NCBI GenBank assembly: GCA_951406725.2
Contig: OX597824.1
Span: forward strand, 4,774,001 to 4,838,000
DNA length: 64,000 nucleotides
Direction of reading: 5' to 3'
DNA from: Octopus vulgaris
Lineage: Eukaryota
Of this stretch, positions 53,313-64,000 are shown piece after piece (position 1 is the stretch's first letter; each line of letters starts with the position of its first letter). The notes below the pieces were generated by a model, which was given only the letters and a program-made list of their open reading frames with translations, was not told the DNA's origin and did no database searches. Both the position numbers and the translations under genes were made by a program.

Positions 53313-53358
53313 GACACCTGATGAAGGCTGGAGGGCATATCAGCCGAATCGTTGTGTT
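53313..53358 (+). ncRNA. Minimal hammerhead motif (right arm, GAAT variant)
   Basis: GACAC CTGATGA A GGCTGG AGGGCATA TCAGCC GAAT C GTT GTGTT. Confidence 0.7.
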
Positions 53359-53720
53359 AAAAACAAACCAGATGAGGACAAATATCCATCAATTGTAAAT
53401 AATGTAAATAATGTACATAATTCTTCATCTCTTAAATATGGAACTTGACGATCTGTATTTGTGAAGCTCAACATCACCCCTTACCACTTTATTTACCACT
53501 GAAAGCCCCTTTCTTCTTGACACCTCATATCTGCTATTGAAGCCACCACAGTTTGCGACTCACCATATCTACTGCTATGAAAACTGATCTCCCTCTGTCA
53601 CAGTACCTCTCTCTCTCCTCACCCCCACTTCATCCACACACACACACATCATTTCCTTATTTCTCATCCATCTACAATTTTGTTATACTGTTGCTCTTCA
53701 GCCCACTCCTTTATACACTA

Positions 53721-54114
53721 CTAGCAGTATTGCCCGGCGTTGCTCGGGTTTGTAAGGGAAATAACTATATAAGCATTTTTAGAGATGTAAAGTATAATAG
53801 CCATCTCAATATGGCTAACCACAAAGGGGGGGGGTGTTACTGTAGCTTTTTACGTTTTGAGATTTAATAATAAATTTTTAGAGAGTTACTTCCCTTATAT
53901 ATGCCAAAAATGCATTCAAAATGGGGAAAATTGATGGAAAATTTTTTTTTAAATCGTAGACTCATCGTAGACGCACGCTAATACCCAGAAGGGCTCGATA
54001 TGAATCACGACTATAAGGTTCTGGTTAAACTGCACCGCAAAATGTGGGAGTAGTTAGGAATCTAAATCGTAGGAGACAGACAGCACACAACCTCTCTTTT
54101 ATATATAAAGAAGA
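53721..54114 (-). mobile_element. Non-autonomous Helitron
   Basis: Minus strand: A^TCTTCTTTATATATAAAA start, hairpin CCCGAGC-AAC-GCCGGG 8 nt before the terminal CTAG^T; no TSD. Confidence 0.85.
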
Positions 54115-54724
54115 TTATGTATCACCTCTTCTCTCCTATCTTCCTTTATCTTCTCCAAAACTGAGATTCATCCATAGAACAGGCCTCCATCTATGTTCAC
54201 CATGCACTGCATTCACTGTTCCCACCTGTAAGTACCTGTCACTCCCCTTTCACACTTTTGCAAGCATACCTATCCAGTCATCCTCTATTCTTTCTTCATG
54301 TACCTTGAGCATACATCCTGACACTCAACTTCTCCTTCCTTTCTCCCTTCTCAGCTGGGATGGCCATGTATCTCCTCAACAGCAAGACACCTCCTCTTAT
54401 TCCTCAATCATACATTAACTGCTCAACACCTGGCACAAACCCACCACCCTCAGTGCTGCACCCTTAGTTAAAGGATTTGCTTGCATATTTTAAAGGACTC
54501 ATTTGCATATTTAAGTATGGACATCATTAAACAAGAATAACTACAAGAAACACAGTAGGTACCAAAAACTCTCTTCTAAATCACTTTACTTCATTAACCA
54601 GAGTTATGCTATAAATCCTCCCACTTCTTCAAAAATAATTTATGAGACAATGCCAACCCTATTTACTTGACCACCATTCTCAACCATTCACTCTGATGCC
54701 TGTTATGATGCCACCCATCATTAA

Positions 54725-54948
54725 CCCAATAAGTCCCACTGTCCTATAAATAGGACACTAAATGAGAACATTAGATAAGCTATATCACATTGTCTCTGTG
54801 TCCTATTTATAGGACACTGTGTATTTCCATTTCTACTTGAAGTAAAGGAGTTTTAATAATTATTTTTTATCATCTTAACCTATTTTCAGTCATCTGTAAA
54901 AATTTAAAATTAATATTCAGAAATTTAAGTACTCTGGGACTTAATGGG
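54725..54948. mobile_element. piggyBac-type MITE with internal palindromes
   Basis: TTAA-CCCAATAAGTCCCA...TGGGACTTAATGGG-TTAA; two TGTCCTAT..ATAGGACA palindromes. Confidence 0.8.
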
Positions 54949-55332
54949 TTAAAATAGATTTTCATCCTCCTGCCCCTTTTCCACATTGATTGTGCAAAGA
55001 CAGGATGAGCGTTTCAATAAAATATTCTTATATTTGACGATCAAATGATTTATCATTAATCTAGGATTGTTTAAGGAATATATTTGTATGTTTAATCAAA
55101 GCAGAGAATACAAGAAAACAGAACCTAATGGGAAATAAAAGTACACAGATTATATTTGGAGAAGCTTTGAAAGACTCAGGAACATCATTGAGAAGCATAT
55201 TAAAGTGCATCCTGGAGATTTGAGTTCAAATCCAGTCTAGGATTTTCTTTTTTTTTTTTTTTTTTCACTATTTTACGCTAAGTGCTTATGTTTACATAAA
55301 CAAAGAGAGTGAGAGGGAAAGAGAAGAGAGAG

Positions 55333-55367
<35 letters not shown>

Positions 55368-56051
55368 ATTGGGAAAGAATGAGACAAAACAATTAGGACA
55401 AATATTTAATAAATCTTTACAGTTGAAGGTTATTAGTTTATGGCATTATCATTTACTTATCTTTCTTTTGATTCTTCTCTTTTATGGTATTTATTTTGTG
55501 TATTCATTTGTTTTTTTTTATTTTAATGATGTATATTTACTTTCATTTTATTCTTTAAAAAATTAATAAATATGATAGAAAACTAGATTAAAATAATGGC
55601 AGTCTATTAATTCTTTGGTATTACTTAGAATTAATCTAGTTTTTAAGGTCTTATAAGTGCCATACCAACTTTCTGTCATGCTCTTCACTAAGTAAATAAT
55701 GCCATCTATACCTAATGATCTCAGAAGCCATAAATTCTATTGATTAATTTCACCTGAAAATATCTCTATCTCTTCAAAATTTCAAATTATCATTTATTAT
55801 TATTATTATCATATCATTATCATTATTATTATTATCATTAATGCACAACATATATAAATTCACTACTACTTACATCAACAAAAGCACATGGACACACACA
55901 CACACACACAGAAGTACAAACAACAGAAGTACAAACAACATCATCCTGACATAAATATATGTTTAAGTGCATACATAAAAATGTATGTGTGAAACATTTA
56001 CAGATGAGCTTGTTGATAATTTGACATTATCACCAATATGATATTGCATCA

Positions 56052-56086
<35 letters not shown>

Positions 56087-56812
56087 GAATATCATTACAT
56101 GGTAGTAGCAACAGTGTCAGCAACAAGAACAATACAAACAACAAATGTTGCTTAATAATATAGTTTTCTTATTCAAGGAAGACGGAATAAGATGTAAATT
56201 GGAAAATTGAATTTCAGAACATCATCACAGAAAGGCCATACCCAAAATCTCTTTAGTAAGTATTTACTTTGACAATGGCAGTTAATTTATTAAACAATCA
56301 AATCATTATAAGTGATTGTCAACCATCAGCTTTCTATAAAATTCATCATTTTATTACAAGAGAATAATTTCTGTTTATTCTTTAAAATTGTTGCTTTCCT
56401 GCTTTCACTGCAAATATTAAGAATTGTTGACAATAGTTGATTATATATAGTTTCCTATCTCTTCCCTCTGCTCCCATCCCTGGGAACAGTGAAAGGAAAC
56501 CATGTATATTCAACTACTGTCAACAAATCTTAATATACTTGCATATATTTGTATGTAGAAGTTCATTTTATGCTTATAATCATCAAATTAATGTCCACAT
56601 TTTCCATGATGGCATGGGTTGGATGTGACTTATTGGTGCAGGATTCCAGGGCTGGCTATCCTTCCTATTAACAAACCTTAGACATTTTTCATTAACATTT
56701 TGCATTTAACCTGACCATATCTGGCCCAAATATTCTACCTGTTTTATGTTCAAAAAGGCCAGATCCAGCCTTTCACACCTTCCCTACAATGTCAATCTAA
56801 AAATATACAATA

Positions 56813-57163
56813 TAGGTGCAGGAGTGGCTGTGTGGTAAGTAGCTTGCTTACCAACCACATGGTTCCGGGTTCAAGCCTCGGACTGACCGAAGCCTTGTGA
56901 GTGGATTTGATAGGTGGAAACTGAAAGAAGCCTGCTGTATATATAGGATATATGTGTGCATATGTTTGTGTCTGTATCCCCAACATCACTTGACAACTAA
57001 TGTTGGTGTGTTTACATCCCTGTAACTTAGCAGTTCGGAAAAAGAGACCAATAGAATAAGTACTAGGCTTGCAAAGAATAAGTCCTGGGGTCAATTTGTT
57101 CGATGAAAGGTAGTGCTCCAGCATGGCCACAGTCAAATGACTGAAACAAGTAAAAGAATAAAA
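56813..57163 (+). mobile_element. SINE family A inserted in a piggyBac-type MITE (~56692-57270)
   Basis: The flanks match the 5738/51051 MITE body on both sides of a family A copy. Confidence 0.8.
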
Positions 57164-57438
57164 GAATTACATAACCAGAATTTTGAAGCTTTAAGATAAT
57201 GCAAGATTAGTTCAAAACAATGTGAATAAATAAGGATTACATTTGACAGAGTAATCTGAATGGCAAAGAGAAAAGATATTTTTCACTTCATTGAACTTCA
57301 CACAATGAAACTTCCAAGCTAGGAGACAGTGTCTACGAGAGATGTGAGCAATGTCACCACTCCTTCAATAGTGCCACCACTGCAAAGATATGCAGAAAAA
57401 CACACACACAGACTATATATATATATGTATATATATGT

Positions 57439-57490
<52 letters not shown>

Positions 57491-60402
57491 ATTAGAGATA
57501 AGTAAACCACTATTAGGCAAATCATACAATGAAAAACTTAAGCCAATACATAAGATTAATTAATTTATATTATTTAAATATATATCAAAATTATTAAAAA
57601 AGATAATTAATATAATACTTATATATATATATATATATATATATTAGTGAAAAACATATAAGCAAATGATGTAATGTATACTGAATGTAAAAACAAACGG
57701 GAGACAAACAAAAGGTCCTTAATTCTTCATCAGTTATCGACCAATTGTAACTGTTCAGTTTCGTACATTTAACAATAAGACTGAGTGCTTCCAAATTGGC
57801 GGTGCACGCAAAGAAAATGTTTTCTTGTGTAGAATTAGGGACAAGAGCAAACAAAACAAGCAAAGTGTGTGATTTAATATATATATTTACTTAAAAGAGT
57901 AGTAGAAGGCACTACATGTTACCAGATAATTTGAGCATAGTAACCAGTTCTATACTTCACTCCTATATTCCATATAGTGTGAAACCAACCTAAATGTTGT
58001 GGGACAGGCTAGCACGTGGGATTCAAGCCAGGTTATATAATATGAAATAATGAAGAAAATGTAATTAATATTTTTAAGCATTATATCTATCTATGTTTCT
58101 ATAAGCTCGCTGGCTCACATCTTCAGTATTATTATGGCAAACGACACATTATAACATTAGTTGCATGCCTCTGTATAGTCCAGTAATGGACATTATGCAT
58201 AAGCAAGATGGTATGCGAGAATAGGGGGTGATAGAAGACAAGACAGTGGGATAATGTTAAAAGAAGAAGGTAGATGAAAACAAGGACAGAGTGGACAAAC
58301 ACATACGCATATACATTCACAATTGCACATGTGCATGCACATATACAGAAGAGTAAAGTGAAGGAAGTTAAGTAGAAAAGCCCAAAGTTAAAGTAGTAGC
58401 AAGACAAGTCACTGGTTTATATTAATGTGTAAAAGTCAGATAGTAGACTTATGTGTCTTGAAATGTCTATGATACTTGAGTCCAGTGGCTTCTACTTTGG
58501 CAGACATGGTATTCAGTTGTTGCATTTATTAACATGTCCATAAATCAAAGTCATTTTTAAGGTGCTCAACCATATGTATCCGTATGCACACATACATACA
58601 CAACTATTTACACATACATACACATGCACACTCAAATACCCATATACATATATAAATATATGTATACAGATAAACCCTCACATATCTGTGCTAACACCCA
58701 TCCAGGCACAAGCGGACATTATGCTTGCTTACCTCGCACCTGTAACACACACAAACACACACATCTCTGCATGTTCGTAGCACATGAGTTAGCTTCCACA
58801 AATATACAAGTTCATTAACCAAAAGTATTATGTATGTATAATGCTCTGCAGGTGGTCAGAGATAGACTGTACATAGTCATATAACATCAAGTGTGAACTG
58901 TTGCAGCAGGAAGGTATAATATTATATGAGTTCGAGATTACTGATCCAAGCAATAATGAGTGGAGAATAGTTATTTAAACAGATCAGTGTATTAAGGAAC
59001 TAATGGTTTTCATTGGTAGAAAAGTTAGAGACTCTAATTGATATATTTCCAACTGAGCTATCGGTAATGGATCCAGGATGATTTGATAATTTATAGACAC
59101 GGGGAAGGGGCTTTCACTTGGTTAGTTGTAGAGTTAGTATAACTTGGAGTTCAATGTTTGCTATTTCATTACACCATTCAAAGAAGACAGGTAGGTTAAA
59201 GTTCCTAAAAAAAGTGTGAAGACACTTTCTCAGCATCTCCAAGTTAGACTGAGAATGTCCAGAAATAGTCAGAAAAGCACTAGCTCTATACAATCCATCA
59301 CTCAGGTTTGACCAAGCAAATCAGTAACTTGAGCAAGGTCATTTGAGCCCAGAGTGGCATCTAACTGATTCATCCTAGATCTTCAACACCAGTGTTCCTC
59401 TGGAAAGGGCTTAAAAATAGGGTCTATCACATATTTGGTTATATTCATAACTTTCCAAGCAAATATAATGGCCTTATTCAGTAAAATTGGTGACGTCACC
59501 AGTACATTCACATAATTCTAAATCTACAAATATTGTAACTACTAGAATTATCCTAGCTCCCCACCACCACCACTGATTCAGAGAACTGAATACCATGTTT
59601 GCTAAAGCAGAACTCATTGGACCCAAGGAATTTCCAACAACAGTAGGAATCATTCAGGGAGACACCAGCTCTTTTTTCTGAGTTTGTAGTGGACTACATC
59701 CTTAGGCAAAGTCCTGACCCCATCCAAGACAAAAATCTCACAGCCAAGTAGAAGTGATCAAGACTTAAACAAACCCTTTATCTTTCTGACCTTGACTACA
59801 CAGATGACCATCGTCTGACCTTAACTATCCAGATGACCATACTTGCACAGCTCAGCTCATCATCTGTGTGATACCTAACACTTAAGAAGAGACCAGTTAA
59901 ATGAGCCACAGCAAAAAACTGGATATGAGTGAAAAATAAATAATAAAAGAGGAATGAATGTAAAAACACATTACACAGGATATATCGTAAATAATTGTAT
60001 ATGTATATATGTAAGTGTGTGTGTTTTTGTCTTCTTGTGACATCACATAATGTTGTAAATGAGTGTCGTTCATTTTCAGTAGTATCTTACTTGAAAACAA
60101 GGGTTAGAGACAGAAAGAGCATCTGGCCATAGAAAAATCTGCCTCAAGCAAACACTGTCCAACTCAGATACTCATGAGAGACTGGACATTAACTGATGAT
60201 TGGTATACATAAATATGCCCCTATGTCGACATAAAGACATGTTTGTGTGACTATATATATATATATGTGTGTGTGTGAGACATATGCATACATACTGACG
60301 TAGCAAAAATATATTAAGAAATATAAGTATGTTCATTGAAAAATACACATAATCTATGTACGTTTTTTGAGGAGAAATGTAAAGAGAATGAGAGCAATAT
60401 AG

Positions 60403-60805
60403 ACAGGTGTTGCTGTGTGGTAAGAAGCTTGCTTCCCAACCACATGGTTCTGGGTTCAGTCCCACTGTGTGACACCTTGGGCAAGTGTCTTCTACTATAG
60501 CTTTGCGCTGACCAAAGCCTTCTGAGTGGATTTGGTAGACATAAACTGAAAGAAGCCCACCGTGTGTGTGTGTATTTATGTGTGTGTGTTTTTCTGTCTG
60601 TGTTTGTGTGTGTGTCCCCCTACCAACACTTGGCAACTGATGTTGGTGTGTTTACGTCCCCAAAACTTAGCAGTTTAGCAAAAGAGACTGATAGGTTAAG
60701 TACTAAGTTTACAAAGAATAAGTCCTGGGGTTGTTCTGTTCGACTAAAGGTGGTGCTCCAGCATGGCCGCAGTCAAATGACTGAAACATGTAAAAGAATA
60801 AAAGA
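60403..60805 (+). mobile_element. SINE family A
   Basis: Full-length copy: GTGTGACACCTTGGGCAAG...GTCAAATGACTGAAAC. Confidence 0.85.
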
Positions 60806-61004
60806 CTAATGCAAGCCATCACACACAGACACACACACTAATGTAATCTTTCAAATCAATGCAAACATCTTTATTTGTCTTCGTGCTGTTAATGTAACCA
60901 CCACAGCTGCTTCCACGAGGATCATCAATAACCTAAACACCAGTCACCATCTTCACAGTCCTTACTGTTGACATCATTTTAATGAACCTTATTACAATTT
61001 CATT

Positions 61005-61109
61005 AACCATATTATCATTATAATATTCATTATAATTATCATCACTACAATAACACTTATAACCATCTTCAGTATTGCTGCTATTATTATTATTATTATT
61101 ATTATTATC

Positions 61110-61204
<95 letters not shown>

Positions 61205-61216
61205 TATCATTATTAT
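61005..61216. repeat. (ATT)n microsatellite
   Basis: Read directly. Confidence 0.95.
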
Positions 61217-63015
61217 GACTTCTCAAATAATTTTCATCTTTAAGCAACACTAATTACCAAGTCTTTTGTAAAATCCTGGTAACAACAATGATGCCATTAT
61301 GCCTGGCAGTTACAACCTGTCAGATATTTCAGAATTCTTCCATAACTCAGTCGATACACTACTCAACAATAGATAGAAAATCTACACATGCTTAAAAGCA
61401 AATTGAGTAAATGCATTTTTCAAAGAGCTTAAAGTTAGATCCATTATTGAGTACGTGTTCAAAGAAACTTCGATGATTCACATATATGGATATGTCAGAC
61501 AAATGGAAAATGTATATTACTTCACCTCACCACAAGTACTGAAGTGCTAAATGAGGATCTATTCAATGTATTAAGAGGAAATATATTTCACTCAGAATAG
61601 TATTGATTATAGGTTGAACTGCTATTTGAAAGGGATGTTTTAAAGGGTTAGATTCAAGAGTAGGTGCTATGGGTCAGTACTTCTTGGATTAATTATGACT
61701 AAAGATGCTGCTGCTTCCATCAGCCTATTCTGTTCATCTTTCGGATTTCAATCTAATCTGTATTTCAATCTAATCTGATGTAGTCACAGCAAGCTAAATT
61801 GATAGGGTGCCAGACGAATGAGAGATTGGTTTTTATACGCTATTACCAGCAAAATAGCTGCAACCATTGCAAAGCTATATACTGCTCACTGTCTTAGTTC
61901 ACCTAGTCATAAATAAATACAATAAGAAAGTAAAACTACCCACTTATGTGGGCAATAGGAGTACTGTACAACTGCATGGTGGCTTTCAATGCCTAGTTTC
62001 AAGGCTGTGTATGAGACTTTTGAAGACAACAAACCTATGGCAATTGTTAGCCTCAGACAAAAGTCAACAATTCATTCAATCACCTTTAGTATCTATACTG
62101 ATTGGCAGTATGTATACATAATAGGTATGTATACATAATAGGTGGTCAAAAGGTACCACTTTTTGATCAACATATAGACATTCTCTTGTCTTTCTACAAA
62201 CATTGTATGACAAAGAAACATTTCCAAGTTCAATTCTAGCTTTTATATGAAGTGGTGACACATGTCAAAGCTCTATGCTGTTTTATTATACAAGGCTATA
62301 AAGACATTGGGAAAATGGGCTCCAAAAGGGGTTTCTCAGCAGCTTGAGAGTGGCTTCAGAGTTACTTAACAGTTAATCAGAATCCATTTATCTCTCCTTC
62401 CCAAAATGCCAAGCAAATTTAACAGAAGGTTCATTACTAAAATAAAACCAAGTCTGTTCTTAGACACAACTTGTTTAAGATAATGGTACAAGCTTGAGAG
62501 CCAGAAAATATTTTCTAGACTACCTATACAAAATGGGTTATAAATAAGTATGAGGCCTAACTATACAATGAGAATAAATATAATGAGATGTGATTCTATA
62601 TGTTTATTTATATGTAACCCATGCTGTACTTCAGTAATTATAGACTATTAGGCAAGGTTGATACAGTTAATGCTCAGTTCCAACTTGTGAAGATGAATGG
62701 TAGATTTGATGAGGAAGACCTGGAGAGGTGTTTATAGCACATAACCAAGGTTGGTTAGTGAGAAAAAGAGAAAACACAAGGGTATCAAATGGGTTTAACG
62801 TGAATAAAAGACAGTATACAGGTGGTGTCTTCAAGCGAACAAATTCAGTTTTAGCAGTGATAGATCAAGGAATAGGTAATTGGTTAACTTATGATTACAG
62901 AGTTTGCTTTTTAGTTTTGGAATCTATATATTTATATTATATTTTAAATTGAGCAAATAGCAATAACATTTTAAACAATTAAGAAATTCACATTATATTC
63001 TGAAATCAATTTTTT

Positions 63016-63310
63016 AACTAGTTGATTAAACAAATGACTGCTTAAAATGGGTTAATAATTGCTTAAAATACATAAATGACTTATTAAACTTAGTTGATAA
63101 TTGCTTACAACAGGGAAATGAGCATTTAAACTGTCTAATAATTTTTTTAAATGAAGCTGTTGATTGCCTAAAACTACCCAATAATTGCTTATTGAAGGGT
63201 AGATGGATAATTAGATTGCATGATAATTGTTTACCAAAGGAAGACAATTCCTTGAAATTAGTTAATGATATAGATAAAAGCTTAAAATCTGCTTATAACA
63301 GAGCTTAGAG
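63016..63310. repeat. Degenerate 21-bp-period repeat
   Basis: Recurrent ATAATTGCTTA-like motif at multiples of 21 nt. Confidence 0.7.
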
Positions 63311-63504
63311 TCTGATAATTACACTGAAGAAGACATGCATGATTTACATTTTATATAACTTCATATAAACAAACAGATTCAAAAACAACCAGTCATAAAT
63401 AAAAACTTATAAATAAGAACATGCTTTGATGCTGCCTTTCTTTATAATCATTCTTATCACCATTACCATCATCCTCAGCCAAAGCCGATATAATACAAAT
63501 TCTT

Positions 63505-63860
63505 CCAAATGGGTAAAAGTGATGGACTAAACATATTGTTGGTAGATAAACGGACAGATGAAGTAAAAGAAGTAGTCAGGGTATGTGACAAAATGATTAA
63601 GCTTAAAGTGGTCATGTGCAACTGGACAGCAACAGAGATCAATACATATGCACCACAATGAAAACTGACATATGACTAAAAAAGAAAAAACTGTATGAGA
63701 GTTCCTAATGGGCTAACTTTATAATAGAAGGCATTGACCTTGTTATTAAGGCAGGCGAATTTGAAGATGATGGCTTCTTTGGTGTAGATTGAGACATTGG
63801 AGAAGGTACAAGGACTAAAAAAAGGATCAAGACTTTTGAGCTTCTATAATGCAGCTGATC
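63505..63860 (+). pseudogene. RTE LINE endonuclease remnant
   Basis: ILLVDKRTDEVKEVVRVCDKMIKLKV...INTYAPQ. Confidence 0.65.
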
Positions 63861-64000
63861 GAAGCAGCATCATTTTACATCCATTTTACCATGCTTGCAT
63901 GCATTAGACAGGTCTCTTCTACAGCACACTATCCCACCACTTGTTGCTGTCCCTTGTAATCTTCTTCATCATGTTGTTTAGTTCCCTGAGTTTGGCTTTC

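Larger units (their letters stand above)
52855..53451. mobile_element. Palindromic tRNA-head/hammerhead retroelement, copy 2
   Basis: Inverted arm 52855-53050, tRNA head 53051-53118, (AAT/AAC)n, then the HHR arm. 9-bp TSD TCTGTATTT at 52846-54 and 53452-60. Confidence 0.85.

Noticed and set aside
61650-62860. Old CR1/L2-like remnants
   Set aside because: Only faint motif traces; boundaries and family cannot be supported by eye.

Overview
AT-rich, repeat-dense metazoan DNA with no recognisable intact host gene. The SINE families and microsatellite load suggest an octopus or other coleoid cephalopod intron or intergenic region (inference). It holds three abundant SINE-like families, and fragments of CR1, RTE, R4-like and Penelope-like retroelements. 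It also holds a FLYWCH-MULE pseudogene carrying nested insertions, hAT, Tc1/mariner, Helitron and piggyBac-type elements. Most ORFs in the track are microsatellite or SINE artefacts. The main unexplained signal is a set of hammerhead ribozyme (HHR) motifs from at least four unrelated small elements. The best case is two TSD-flanked copies (9957-10356 and 52855-53451) of one element: a tRNA/Pol III head, (AAT)n, and a minimal type I HHR, preceded by an inverted copy of its own 3' half. This looks like a ribozyme-bearing SINE mobilised by Penelope-like elements. Structures were read by eye; no folding or database searches were run.
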